Below are positions 13,930-30,786 of a stretch of 64,000 nucleotides of DNA, in pieces (position 1 is the first letter of the stretch; the number at the start of each line of letters is the position of its first letter). Location: positions 59,210,001 to 59,274,000 of the forward strand of contig OZ024741.1 in assembly GCA_964016885.1 (NCBI GenBank). The letters run 5' to 3'. Under the pieces are notes generated by a model. The model saw only the letters and a list, made by a program, of their open reading frames with translations, ran no database searches and was not told where the DNA came from. This DNA comes from Eledone cirrhosa (taxonomy: Eukaryota). Both the position numbers and the translations under genes were made by a program.

Positions 13930-14500
13930 CAGTAGAACATCAGACACCATGCTTTGCATATAGAGTTATAGCCCTTTACGTTATGAGTTCAAATCCTGCC
14001 GAGGTTAACTTTGCCTTTCATCCTTACAGGGTCGATAAAATAAAGTACCAGTAACACACTGGGGGCGATTTAATCGACTTTCCTCTTTCCCAGAAATTGC
14101 TGGCTTTGTGCCAAAAGTAGAATTATTAGAGCATAAGACACTATGCTTTGGAGTATAGAGTTATGATCCTTTACGTTCTGAGTTCCTTTACGTTCCCGCC
14201 AAGGCTAGCTTTGCCTTTCATCCTTACGGGGTCGATAAATAAAGCACCAGTAAAGCACTGGGATAATTGCTGGCCTTGTTCCAAAAGTAGAAACATTATT
14301 ATTATTATTATGCTTTACAACACAGAGTTACGACCCTTTACGATCTGAGTTTAAATCTCGCCGATGTTAGCTTTGCTTTTCATCCTTACGGGGTCAATAA
14401 AATAAAACGCCAATAACACACTGGGGTCGATTTAACTGACTTTCCCCACCCCTTCAAATTTCTGGCCTTGTGCCTAAAGTAGAAACAATTATTATCATTA
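13930..14500 (+). mobile_element. Three tandem family-1 SINE copies
   Basis: Three 'gcctttcatcctta..gggtc.ataaa' cores, each with a 'tggcc/ttgtg.c.aaagtagaa' tail and (ATT)n. Confidence 0.8.
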
Positions 14501-15276
14501 TTATTAGATGGACTTTTTTTCCACCTATAATATCTGCACTCTACTTGTCTTAAGTGTAGAGTACTAAGTTGAATAATGGTCTTACTAGTTTTTAACTTCT
14601 AACATCTCATATGTGTGTATATGTAATCCAGAAGCACAGCTTCGTTAACGTTTGGTGAAGAAAACAAATATTATTTATTCTATCTATAAAACAATGGGTT
14701 ATGTACTAGTAACAAAATATAACACTCATTGTTAAAGTCACTGTAGATTTTATCTGTCTGTATTATTTGGAATTACCTGTCAGTTAAAATACAAATATAC
14801 CTTTAAAAAGAATATTTGCATATAGACATACTGGCACATTGGCTTTAAACACCTAGATACTAATCATACAATGCTTGATGTGCTTTTCTACCCATTTGGA
14901 ACATTATCAAAAGAAAATGCTGATGATTATATTTATAAATTCCGGAAACTGTCATCCATATTTCCTATATATATACAGTATATATTTTTTCTCTTTTTAT
15001 TGCGCTTTGATTGCGCAACATTGATAAAAGAGAACTCCATCTTCTACCCCACTTTCACCCACTAACAACTCTATGAAATTATAATAATGGTTTCGGGTGT
15101 ATTTTGTTGCTATTATTCTATTATACTTTCGGTTTTTGTTCCTTATATTTTAATTTACTTTTTTTTTTTTTTTTGCTTTGTATTCACCCCCACCCCTACC
15201 CAAATTTCAAATCGATCGAAGCTGGTAGGATTTTATGCTTCGATCTTCAATTTCATCTTTGAAATAAATCTTTTTG

Positions 15277-15277
15277 C

Positions 15278-15341
<64 letters not shown>

Positions 15342-15372
15342 GGTAGTGTTGGTGGTAGTGGTGGTGGTAATG
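15277..15372. repeat. (GTT)n/(GGT)n microsatellite
   Basis: Direct sequence. Confidence 0.95.
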
Positions 15373-15651
15373 GTATGTAAATATGTCACAGATACAATAT
15401 TGATCAAAGAATAATTATGCACAGAACGGAGTCTTCACCATTTAATATCAATTCTGCCATAAAAATAGGAAATATAATTTTTGATACATTAAATAAATCT
15501 TGATAGTACACTTAAACACAGACACACACACACATATATATATATATATAATACATATATTTAATATATACATATATACACATATCGTCCAATCCTTGCT
15601 AGGAAGGAAAATGAATGTTAAAAGATGATGATATATGTATGTGTGGGTGTA

Positions 15652-15754
<103 letters not shown>

Positions 15755-15959
15755 CATATCCTACAAGTGAGATTAAAATGTTTTACATTCACTGAAAGCA
15801 TATTTATGTTGTGGAATATATTTTTGTAAACTCATTACCGAAAATAAATATCTTTTTAACTTTATGTAATGGAAAAAATCAAATCAAAATATCTTCATAT
15901 TTACATATTTACATGGCCAACAAAGATTGCACGTATGATCAAGTATTTAACAGTAATAA

Positions 15960-16276
15960 AACAGCAACAACAATGTAAAAGCCACTAACAACAACAACAA
16001 CGACAATGTAAAAGCCACTAACAACAACAACAGCAACAACAACACCAAAAACAACTACATCACCTACCACCTTACCTTACCACAACCAATAACATCTACA
16101 ACACAACAATAACAAAACCATCACCAACAACAACAACAAAACCACCATCAACAACAAAACCAACAACAACAATAAAATCACCACCACTAAGAACCACCAC
16201 CTACAACAACATCAATAAAACCACCACCTACAACAACAACAAAACTACCAACTACAACACCAAAAACAATAACACT

Positions 16277-16307
<31 letters not shown>

Positions 16308-16452
16308 GCAAAACCACTACCAACAACAACACCACCACCAACAACAACAACACCACCACCTACAAGATCAATAAAATCACCAACAACACCACCACCACCA
16401 CTACCACCTACAATAACATCAATAAAACCACCAACAACAACAACAGCAACAA
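15960..16452. repeat. (CAA/CAC)n degenerate trinucleotide array
   Basis: Direct sequence. Confidence 0.9.
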
Positions 16453-16842
16453 GAATGAAACCATTGAGTTTGATCTGAGAAAATAGATAAGTAAGAAAGT
16501 TTTTCTCTGTGTCAACAACTATCTGGTATAGCTTGTGGTTATGTAATTACAATATTATCCAATACTATCCAATATCATTCCATATCTCAATTTTACATAC
16601 ATTTTATTTTTATCTATTTAAATATTTCTCTCAGTCTTTGTCTTTGTCATATCTTTTCTCTCTTCATTTGGCATCATGGCTGAATGGTTAAGAAGTTTGT
16701 TTCCCAACCATTAGGTCTCATGTTCGACCCCACTGGGTGGCATCTTGCAAAAAAATGTCATTTGCCATAGCTTTGGCTCAACTTGTGGAATTTCAGGTAT
16801 AATTTATTTCTGCCTGCTGTGGACTGGAGTAATGTGAATTAA

Positions 16843-17062
16843 CCCTTTAGCATTTAAACTGGCCATATCCAGCCAGAATTCTCTCACATCTTTCTGTTCA
16901 AACCAGCTGTAACCAGCCGCTCATACTGATGTTATGGTATTGTTCTCAAAATAAATAATATCAAAATCTCATAGATTCAATATTAATGAGATACTTATGT
17001 GAGGTAAAGCCTTTAACATGAAAATACAATAGTAAATATAGATTAATGTAAATGCTAAAGGG
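16843..17062. mobile_element. piggyBac-type MITE inserted in a family-2 SINE
   Basis: TTAA-CCCTTTAGCATTTA...TAAATGCTAAAGGG-ATAA terminal inverted repeats; inverted homolog at 56402-56622. Confidence 0.8.
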
Positions 17063-17159
17063 ATAAAGTGTCTTACTCAACGACAACATGTCATCAGGAA
17101 TCAAACTCACAACCTTATGAGTCAAACACCTTAACTACTAAGACATACACCTTCACTAA

Positions 17160-17522
17160 ATACTGTTAGTTTGATCAATGGAATATAAAATTAACATATA
17201 AAATTAACATGCATATAAAATGCATATAAAATTAACATGCATATAAAATTAAAATGCATATAAAATTAACATGCAAATGGCTGAGCATTTCACAGATGCA
17301 TGTACCTTTTATAAAGTTCTCAGGGAGATTCAGTGTGACATAGTGCATGACAAGGCCAACGCTTTGAATTACAAGTACAACTTAGTTTTGCCAGTTGAGT
17401 GGAGGGAATTAACATAAAATATAATGATTTGCTCAAGGACACAATGCACCACCACGAATAGAACTCATGACCTTTCATTTGTGAGCTGAACATCTTTAAC
17501 TACTAAGCTTCACACCCTCACT
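17160..17522 (-). mobile_element. SINE family 2 with internal ~17 bp tandem expansion (aaattaacatgcatata)
   Basis: 'ctcagggagattcagtgtgaca...tttgctcaaggacacaatgc'; tandem repeat at 17186-17275. Confidence 0.75.
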
Positions 17523-18309
17523 AAATTAATTGTACATATTTAATTCAATGTTAAATAATATCAATATCTGTTAATCTTCTTACTACAACATATTTTTTTT
17601 ATATTTCTATATGATATAAGCAGTGATTAAACAAGATACTCTGTGATATTAAAACAATGTAACTGAAAGAAACAGAATGATTTATATGTGTTGATTTTTC
17701 GACAAAGCTATATAACAGATTGTGGATTAGAAATTATTGATTTTTGTTTCTTTCCAAATCCTGTGACGAGAGAACAATGTGAAGTCACGATTATCTGATT
17801 TCTGATTTCACAGTTACTATTTCCAACCAATTTACTTTACACTATCTTTCTCTATCTCTATCTCTTGCTCTCTCACTCATTCTCTCTTTTGCTCTCTCTC
17901 CATCTCTCTCTTTCTCTTATATCTCGCTTACTACATCTCTTTCACTCTTAGTATCTATCATTCACTCTTGCTCTCTCTCACTATCTATCTATCTGTCTAT
18001 ATTTCTATCTAATTCTCCCCCCCCCCCCCCTCCTCTTTCTCTTGTCACTCTTCTAAATATATAGATTGCCTTTATCGTGCACTGAACGACAAGGAAAACA
18101 CAGCATGCAAATGTGTTTTATAAAATAAATAAATACATTTAATAAATAAAATAAATAAATACCAAAGTGAAATTGAAATTCTCCATCAGGAAATTTCTAT
18201 AAAGAAATCGTAAGATAAATTCAGAATTCCGACAGAGAAAGAGGTGAAACTGCAAACCTGCAAACACATTTACATCCATGTCACATGTCTAACTGACTTT
18301 ATCCAACTA

Positions 18310-18590
18310 TTGCGAAGGTGTGTGGTTGACACTTGTGAAATCATGAGTTCAATTCCTGGCAACACGTTGTCATTGAGTGAAATAATTTATTTCAGGTTGC
18401 TTTAATCCACTTAGTTGGCAAAAGTATGTTGTACCTGTAATTTAAAGAACTAACCTTGTCAAACATTGTGTCATGTTAAACCTTCCTAAGAATTACATTA
18501 AGAGTGCATGAATCTGTGGAATATTCAGCCACTTACATGATATGTTAATTTCATGAGCAGGTTCCATTTATTAAATTAACTGATAAACAC
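18310..18590 (+). mobile_element. SINE family 2, decayed
   Basis: 'gaaggtgtgtgg...gagttcaattcctgg...gtacctgtaatt...attcagccactt'. Confidence 0.65.
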
Positions 18591-18613
18591 AGTCAAGATT
18601 GAATATTGGTATA

Positions 18614-18770
18614 CAGTGAAATTACATTATGATGAAATTGACGGGGGATAACAAAAGATTCTTTATAACGAGATTGATCTAGCACATCGAGCGTGGTCGG
18701 GGATTGAAAACAATTTTGTTATACTGAAAAATTTGTTATAATGGTATTCATTATAACGGAATTTTACCTG
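18614..18770. mobile_element. Tc1/pogo-type MITE with TA target duplication
   Basis: TA-cagtgaaattacattatgatgaa ... ttcattataacggaattttacctg-TA imperfect terminal inverted repeats. Confidence 0.55.
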
Positions 18771-19178
18771 TATTATATTAAAGCTGTTGTATCATCAACA
18801 TGATCACCGTTTAATATCCATTTATCCATACTTGCATGAGTAGATAGGTCATCCACGTCGGGAAACAAATCTGGCTAGAATTGGCCATGCCATACCTTGC
18901 TCTGATGGGACTGTAAATTTGGTCGGGGATTTTACAGCTGGATGCCCTTCCTAACACCAACCACATTTACAGTGTGGGTATATTTTGTGTAAAACGTTGG
19001 TCATGCTCGAAAAAGTGTTGTGTGTGTATGTGAAAGACAGTGGTGGTAGTGGTGGTAGTCGTGATAGTGGTAACACTGAAAAAAATTGTTTAACTCCACA
19101 TGCAGTGGGATTGAACTTGGAGACTTATGATTGTAAAATGAATTTCTTAAATATTTGACCATGTTGCATCCACATTAA

Positions 19179-19504
19179 CTCTCTTCACACCAAACTGTCT
19201 GTAACTGCTCTTGATTCTACAATTCAAAACTGTAAAATGATCGTGTAGGTCTCACGACAAAAAGCACCCAGCTCACACTATGAATTGGTCATGTAGGAAT
19301 CATGACAAACAGCACCCAGCTCACACTTGAAATGTGGTTGACGTTAGGATGAGCATTCAGCCATAGAAACCAAGCCAGAAACAGTCACCTGACTCAACTT
19401 GCCCCAAACAGAACAACCCATCTAACCCATGCTAGCATGGAAAAATGGATGTTAAACGGTGATGATGAGGATGATGATGATGAAACTATTTGTTTTAAAG
19501 TGTT

Positions 19505-19535
<31 letters not shown>

Positions 19536-19680
19536 CAAACTTCCATCATAATGTTATGCAAGAACCTTTATTAAGTTATGTTACAAACACCATTACTAAA
19601 TCCCTCAAATTCTTGATTATTTTCAATGTTAACTGAAAATCATAGGCAGTATATTTCATTAAAAATATGGTAATGAAAGG
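19179..19680 (+). mobile_element. TTAA-type MITE with a nested RTE 3' UTR fragment (about 19230-19482)
   Basis: TTAA ends, right end 'aatatggtaatgaaaggTTAA'; nested 'aacccatgctagcatgg...gatgatg'. Confidence 0.65.
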
Positions 19681-20072
19681 TTAAGGCTGTGTACTAACAT
19701 GAAGCCACACTAGATTTTCAAATGGATTTTCGCTCCAAATATTTCCCCAATCTGATTATGAATTCAGTTCAATCCTTTGTGGTGTGTTTAGGGATTCACT
19801 GAAATGGTACTTAATTCAGTTTTCAATTGCATTTAGACAATAAAATAGCAAGTGAAACAGTTGCTGCAGTTTGTTGCAGTTAATCTCTGCAGAATTTTAC
19901 TTTATATTACCAACAACTAGAAGATGAAAGGTGTGTAAAATAACTGCTCCTCCTGAAGACCAGACATAATGTCTGTATTAGATTTAATCCATTGAACCAT
20001 GGGCTGTTAATCAAATAATTAATTTACTCAGCTATTTCACCTATACAACACAGCTGTAATCTTTATATTTAA

Positions 20073-20901
20073 CCCTTCTGATACCATACAACCCAAAAAC
20101 TGCTCTGGTTCTTTGATACAAATCTATTTGTTTAAAGTATTTATATTTATCAAAAAAATATTCTATCATAAGTTTATGTAGGAACGGTTGTTAAGTTATA
20201 CACCAAATAATGAGAAAGTTAGTTATATTACTGAATTCCACCAAATTCGTCATTATTTTCAAAATGATTTGAAAATTATAGACAGTTTTTTTTCATTAAA
20301 AATATAATGACAAATGTGTGAAAGTGTTTATATGTATCTAAAACACTTCCATTATATGTAAAAGTGTGGATTGGCAGTATCGGTAGAGGGTCGGACGCCA
20401 TGCTTTCCAGCATAGTTACGTCCCTTTACGATCTGAGTTCAAATCCCGCCGAGGTTGACTTTGCCTTTCATCCTTACGGGGTCGATAAAATAAAGTACCA
20501 GCAATGCACTGGGTAATTTGCTGGCCTTGTGCCTAACGTAGAAACAATTATATGTAAAAAGGTGGATTGGAGGTATCAGTAGAGGGTCGGATGCCATGCT
20601 TTGCAGCATAGAGTTACGGCCCTTTATGGTCTGGATTCAAATCCTGCCGAGGTTAACTTTGTCTTTCATTCTAACAGGGTCGATAAAATAAAGTACCAGT
20701 AATACACTGGGATAATTGCTAGCCTTGTGCCTAAAAGTAGAAACAATTATTTGTAAAAACCTTTGTTAAGTTATGCTCCAAATACCAGATAAATAATGTG
20801 TAAGTTAGTTACTTTACTAAATTCCTCTAAATTCTTGATAATTTTCAAAATGATTTGAAAATCATAGAGTGACTTCCATTAGAAATATGGTAATGAAAGG
20901 G
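20073..20901 (+). mobile_element. TTAA-CCC...GGG-TTAA MITE containing two nested family-1 SINEs (20367-20550 and 20562-20750)
   Basis: Termini TTAACCCTTCTGATACCATA / TATGGTAATGAAAGGGTTAA; two Deu/Nin-type SINE cores inside. Confidence 0.75.
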
Positions 20902-20940
20902 TTAAATACATATTTGAGGTAGTGCTGTAAATTTCTTTAT

Positions 20941-23632
20941 TCATCATCATCATCATCATCACCGTTTTACGTCCGTTCTTCCACGCTAGCATGGGTTAGA
21001 CGGGTTGTCCTGTTGTGGGCAGTGTCTGGTCGGCTGACCATGCCTTGCTCATACAGGAACTGATTTGGCTTGGTTTCTACAGCTGGATGCCCTTCCTAAC
21101 ACCAACCTCATTTACAGTGAGTGCTGGGTACTTTTTTTCCGTGGTGGCTACACGTCCACTTTACAGTGTGGGCTGGGTGCTTTTTTTCCGTGGCACCTCC
21201 ACAACCACCATGGGAGGTCGGGTACTCTGTATTACTGCGTGACGCCAGAAGTCACGGTCGTGTGTCATTGTCTTTGAGAGGTGTAATTGGGTAAGGTCGG
21301 CTTTTATCACCGCATCCCAGGTCATCTTGGGTCTCCCCACTCCGCGGTTTCCATCAACTTCTAGTGCTCTGCACCTTTTTATGCAGCTATCATCCTTCAT
21401 ACGCATCACATGTCCATACCAGCGCAACCGCCTCTCCTGCACACAGCATTTGATTCCTCTTATGCTCAGTCTCTCTCTCAATTCATTTATGCTTTGTCGT
21501 TCACGTATATTACTGTTACACATCCATCGGAGCATGCAGGCTTCGTTTCTCTCTAATCTACGTAAGTCTTCCACCTTCAGCACCCAGGTCTCACTACCAT
21601 GCAACATCGCTGTTCGGATACACGCATCATACAGTCTGCCTTTCATTCTGAGGGAGAAGCCTTTTGCAGCTAGCAGTGGTAGTAGTTCCCTAAACTTCTT
21701 CCATCCCGTTCTTACCCTAGTTATTGCACTTTCTGAGCACCCACCTCCATTGCTAATTCGGTCACCTTGGTAGCAGAAGCTGTCTACTGTTTCTACAGGG
21801 CCCTCCCAGAGATTGGTGGTACTTGTTTCCTGTGGCTGTTTGCTGTTTGCTGTCTCAGCACAGCTGCTGCATGTGAATCCTACATTCTTAATTAAGCTTC
21901 CTGAGATCCCGCTACATCTCTTGTGTACCCATTGTTTGCATTTGGGGCAGAGAATGGAGTTCCTACCTACACCTTTCCTACATACTGAGCAAGGCCATTT
22001 CCCTGAGGGGATCTGGGTTCTGTTTTCTCGGCTACTTACAAGGACCTTAGTCTTTGTCATGTTGACTTTGAGACCCTTTCTTTCTAGTCCCTGCTTCCAG
22101 GTTTGGAATTTATTCTCTATTTCTACCATAGATTCAGCTATGAGTGCGAGGTCATCAGCATACAGGAGTTCCCATGGGCATCCGGTCTTAAACTCCTCCG
22201 TTATTGCCTGCAGGACTATGATGAACAGGAGAGGGCTAAGAACAGAGCCCTGGTGGACCCCAACCTGTACGCTAAATTCCTCGCTATACTCATTGCTAAT
22301 CCTAACTTTGCTGACTGCTCCCCTATACATGGCTTGTACCGCTTTCACAAGCCATTCATCTACTCCTAGTTTTCTAAGAGCCCACCAGATTACAGCGCGT
22401 GGAACTCTGTCAAAGGCTTTCTCAAGGTCGACAAATGCCAAGTAGAGTGGCTTACTTTTAGCTAGGTACTTTTCCTGTAATTGCCTCACAAGGAAGAGGG
22501 CATCAGTGGTGCCTCTTCCTGGTACAAACCCAAATTGCATCTCGTCTATTTTCACCCGGTCCCTAATCAGCTGTGCTATAACTCTTTCTGTTACTTTCAT
22601 GACCTGGTCCATCAACTTTATACCTCTATAGTTTCCTCTATCTAGTGCATCGCCTTTACCTTTGTAGCAGTTGACAATGATGCTACTGCACCAATCTTTT
22701 GGTATGGCCCCTTCTAGTATTACCTGGTTAACGATACGTGTGGTTATAGTGTGACCTACAGACCCAGATGCCTTCAGCATCTCGGCAGCTATACCCGATG
22801 GACCGGTTGCCTTCCCCATCTTCATATCTCTGATTGCCTTACTTACTACACTGCCGCTGACTTGGACTGCTGGTCCCTCTATAGGGTCTACTTGGGGTAG
22901 GGTCTCTTCCCATGCATTCTCCTCATTTAGTAATCTATCATAATGACTCTTCCATGCATCTTTCTTCTCAGCACTTGTGAGGGCAAGCTCACCTTTATCA
23001 TTCCGGATACACTTCTCTCCAATGACATCACAACTATCTCTGACACACTGCCTCGCAATCTTGAATACCTCCTGTTTCTGGTCCTCACGTTGTAAAACAT
23101 GCTTGAATTTTCTATCCTCTGCTTCCCTCCTAGCTAAGTATACTTGTCGCCTAGCTTCCCTCTTGGTCTCTATGTAATGTACCCTGCTCCCCCCGTTCTT
23201 CCATTCTTTCCATGCCTGTCTCTTGGCCTTGACTGCTTCATCTACCTTATTGTTCCACCACCAAGTCACTCTCCTCCTGCTTGAGGTCTTACTCCAGCCA
23301 CAGACCTCGTCCATTGCCTCTAGTAAATTATTTTTTAGGAACTCCCAGTTCTCTTCTACATTAAATGTCTCTATCTGTTCTTCTTTACTGTCGTAGGCGT
23401 TGAGTAAAATATCTTTAAATCTGTTACTGGTTGAGGGGACTTTCAGCTTCCAGATTTTTCTTCTCCAGGTTGGCCTCTGTTTCAGGGCTCGTCTAGTTCT
23501 GACCGTGAGGTCGCTGACAACTAAGCTATGTTGGGATGTACATTCCTCACTAGGGAAGGCTTTTGTGTTTACGACCGTCCATCTGTCACGTCCTCTGATG
23601 AGGATAAAATCTAACTGACTCTTATTGTTCAT
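20941..23632 (-). mobile_element. RTE-clade LINE family A, 5'-truncated, with 3' UTR and (GAT)n tail
   Basis: Highly similar to 7270-9788; tail reads (CAT)n on the + strand at 20941-20960. Confidence 0.95.
21161..23632 (-). CDS. RTE ORF (823 aa): end of AP endonuclease, reverse transcriptase, PHD-like finger
   Basis: QLDFILIR...SQHSLV (APE C-terminus), NYRGIKL, FVDLEKAFDRV, GVHQGSVLSPLLF, LYADD; uninterrupted but 5'-truncated; native stop lost by a small 3' deletion relative to the 7270-9788 copy. Confidence 0.9.
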   Translation of the reverse strand: MNNKSQLDFILIRGRDRWTVVNTKAFPSEECTSQHSLVVSDLTVRTRRALKQRPTWRRKIWKLKVPSTSNRFKDILLNAYDSKEEQIETFNVEENWEFLKNNLLEAMDEVCGWSKTSSRRRVTWWWNNKVDEAVKAKRQAWKEWKNGGSRVHYIETKREARRQVYLARREAEDRKFKHVLQREDQKQEVFKIARQCVRDSCDVIGEKCIRNDKGELALTSAEKKDAWKSHYDRLLNEENAWEETLPQVDPIEGPAVQVSGSVVSKAIRDMKMGKATGPSGIAAEMLKASGSVGHTITTRIVNQVILEGAIPKDWCSSIIVNCYKGKGDALDRGNYRGIKLMDQVMKVTERVIAQLIRDRVKIDEMQFGFVPGRGTTDALFLVRQLQEKYLAKSKPLYLAFVDLEKAFDRVPRAVIWWALRKLGVDEWLVKAVQAMYRGAVSKVRISNEYSEEFSVQVGVHQGSVLSPLLFIIVLQAITEEFKTGCPWELLYADDLALIAESMVEIENKFQTWKQGLERKGLKVNMTKTKVLVSSRENRTQIPSGKWPCSVCRKGVGRNSILCPKCKQWVHKRCSGISGSLIKNVGFTCSSCAETANSKQPQETSTTNLWEGPVETVDSFCYQGDRISNGGGCSESAITRVRTGWKKFRELLPLLAAKGFSLRMKGRLYDACIRTAMLHGSETWVLKVEDLRRLERNEACMLRWMCNSNIRERQSINELRERLSIRGIKCCVQERRLRWYGHVMRMKDDSCIKRCRALEVDGNRGVGRPKMTWDAVIKADLTQLHLSKTMTHDRDFWRHAVIQSTRPPMVVVEVPRKKSTQPTL

Positions 23633-23694
23633 TAATATGATATGATTAAATAAATTTAGTGGTTATAAGTTTATGTATACAAGTACATATACAT

Positions 23695-24135
23695 ATCATC
23701 ATTGTCATTTAATATCCATTTTCCATGCTTGTATAGGTTAGCCGGGTTGTCAAATTAGGTCAGAACATGTTCATTTGGCTTGATTTCTATAGCTGGATAC
23801 CTTTCCTAACAATAACCATATTAGAGTGCAAACTGGGTGTTTTTTTTTTTATTGTAGCACCAAAATTAATATCTAACAGGATGGACTTGGTAGTTTTCAT
23901 CATGTCAAGATCACAACAACCTTACAGGGTGGATTGGACGCTTTTTTTTTTGTTATGGCAACAGTATTGTGAGAGATCAGATGCAGAGCGTGTTCAACTT
24001 TCATGCTTATATGTGTGGGTTGGGCAGAAGAGGTGCCTTGTGGCAATAGTATTGTGGGTGGGAGATCACATGTAGAGTGTGTCCAGCTTTCATACTTGTA
24101 TGTGTGGGCTGGGGAGGAGAGGTGTATCAAGCGTG
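23695..24135 (-). mobile_element. Old RTE-type 3' UTR relic with a ~88 bp internal duplication
   Basis: 'atccattttccatgcttg...tttctatagctggatacctttcctaac'; 'gagatca.atg.agag.gtgt.ca.ctttcat.ctt.tatgtgtggg' occurs twice. Confidence 0.55.
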
Positions 24136-24289
24136 AAGAGTGAGGGTTTTGGTAGAGAGGAAACGAGTATATCTGTTAAACACGCAGTGACTAACAACAG
24201 AATGTTTTAAGTCTGCGTGTTCTGACATATATGCGTAGCTTGTGAATAAAAAATTCAAGGAGTTTCGCTGGCCGTGGTGATCCCTGCCA

Positions 24290-24480
24290 AACATCTTTTG
24301 TAATGTATCGTCTTATTGGCTAATTTCATCGTCTTATTGGCTAATCAACCAATGAGTGTAATTGTTGCTCAAAAGCATCCGTCACTTTGTTTGCACGTTT
24401 ATTTATCGTTTCGCTTTCGAATCTTCCTCCTGTATTTCGTCGTTTATCATCAAAATATTGTTCTCGTTTTGGTAAGTTAT
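24290..24480 (+). promoter_or_regulatory. Possible Pol II promoter / first-exon relic (CCAAT boxes, 5' splice donor)
   Basis: Tandem 'atcgtcttattggctaat' x2 plus 'ccaat', locally CpG-rich, 'G|GTAAGT' at about 24471 followed by an AT-rich stretch. Confidence 0.3.
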
Positions 24481-24872
24481 ATTGTTAATTTATATATGAT
24501 TTTTTAAAATTTATATTAACTATTTTTTTTCCAGTTCGTTATAACATGCTTATAATATTGGTTGTATCATATTTACTTGTATATTTGTCCATATTATTGT
24601 TCGTTTTATGTTAGATTATTTTATTATTGCGTTAGACTATTTGTATGTAGTATTTAATTTTTATTAATTCAACTATAACAATTATTATGTAAAATATATT
24701 TATTTAATATTGATTATTTTTTGTATTTGTTTATATTACAATAATATTTATAAGATCATTTATAAAATAACAATTATATAATCTAATTACATTACAACGA
24801 TAATTTATTATTAATATATATCATGTTTAACTAGAGTTATTACAAGCGTTGCCTTAAAAAATATTAAACTAG

Positions 24873-25307
24873 ACCTGAAAAATGCGCAAGCTCAAAAGAG
24901 CCACAGAATGTTATAATAAACCTTCAAAAGTGTGGGACTAGAGTTGTTGCTCAAAAATATTGTAATCATTATCTATCGTACACTCTGTGGCATCCTTTTA
25001 TAAAAAGAGACTCATAACGAACTCAAGATGACACGATAATTATTTAAGTGAATTTATAATATAAAATTTGGTTTAAGTGCATTTCGTATTAATCATTACT
25101 AAACATCTAATATGAGATATTGAACATTAGCTTAAATAATTATCGTGTCGTCATGAGTTCATTATGAGTCTCTTTTTTATAAAAGGATGCCACAGAGTGT
25201 ATGATAGATAATGATTACAATATTTTTGAGCAACAACTCTAGTCCTACACTTTTGAAGGTTTATTATAACATTCTGTGGCTCTTTTGAGCTTGTGCATTT
25301 TTCAGGT
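24873..25307. repeat. Long inverted repeat (arms 24873-25048 and 25131-25307, ~82 bp spacer) abutting a (TA)n array
   Basis: acctgaaaaatgcgcaagctc...gataattatttaag versus cttaaataattatcg...gagcttgtgcatttttcaggt, with few mismatches. Confidence 0.9.
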
Positions 25308-29597
<4,290 letters not shown>

Positions 29598-29606
29598 ATA
29601 TATACA

Positions 29607-29672
<66 letters not shown>

Positions 29673-29703
29673 CATATATATACATATATATATATATATA
29701 TAC

Positions 29704-29767
<64 letters not shown>

Positions 29768-29771
<4 letters not shown>

Positions 29772-30377
29772 TGGCTGCCAACTCGTTTTCGAGTACGGCC
29801 ACTACTTTATATCCATGTAGGAGAACCCCTACTGATGCGCTGAACGAGTGTGACTTTTTAGTCCCGCCAGCGACTTGAAAACTCTGGTACAAACACTACA
29901 CCTGTGACAGTTATTGACACATATTGCTGGGCCTATGGTACCATGTGACGACAAGTGCAGAGAGATCTCCAGATATAAAGCAATGCCTGTGCCGTGAAGC
30001 TTTTATAGTGAGCAAAGGCACTGCACAAAGCCAGTCCCACTCTCTTAACCAAGATGATATTTACCAAAAAGAAGAACAAGTCAACATCATTGGATACCAT
30101 CAGGGTTGCAGGTGTTATATCAGAGTTTGCCTTCTCCTAGAATTCTGCCTTGACAAAGGCTAAGGGGTCATCTCTCCCGGTGATTTTGGATGGCCATTGA
30201 CTCTTAAGAGCTCCTTTGCCCTTTGACAGGTTTTGTTTTTAGTCCTGCAGGATGTCCAAAGTCACCCTCCTCACCAAGAAACCTTGGTGGGGTTGCCAGT
30301 TTAGTTGCCAACGACCCGACCATGAGACAGGTTGTACTGGGATACATGTTACCAGTAGCACCAACTGGTGACCTGAC
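29768..30377 (-). mobile_element. Non-autonomous RTE-derived element (~600 bp) between (TA)n arrays
   Basis: Homologous to 5258-5968; RTE-like 5' UTR, no coding region. Confidence 0.65.
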
Positions 30378-30397
30378 ATATATATACATATATATAT

Positions 30398-30538
<141 letters not shown>

Positions 30539-30660
30539 GGTTATATTTAATTTGTTGGGATTCAACAAGCTTAAAAATTATCTCCACTATCCAGGAAGCT
30601 CCAACCGTTAAGGTTGTCTTTTTTCCGGCTATGTCAATATTTATTTATAAAACAAATCTG

Positions 30661-30726
30661 TATTTTATCTGATGAAAGCGCACCATAATTTGCCTTGGTT
30701 GCCCTTGAAATATATATAATAAAATA
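30661..30726 (+). ncRNA. Type I hammerhead ribozyme, canonical core, minimal palindromic helix III
   Basis: tattttat-CTGATGA-aagcgcacca...tggttgccctt-GAAA-tatata-TA-ataaaata; perfect 8 bp helix I. Confidence 0.85.
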
Positions 30727-30786
30727 AATATGGTTTTATAAATATAGTTTCCATTTATTAATATATTGTATATATATATATATATA

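Noticed and set aside
21327-22445. Antisense ORFs recurring over the RTE copies
   Set aside because: Shadow frames of the RT coding strand, repeated only because the elements are homologous
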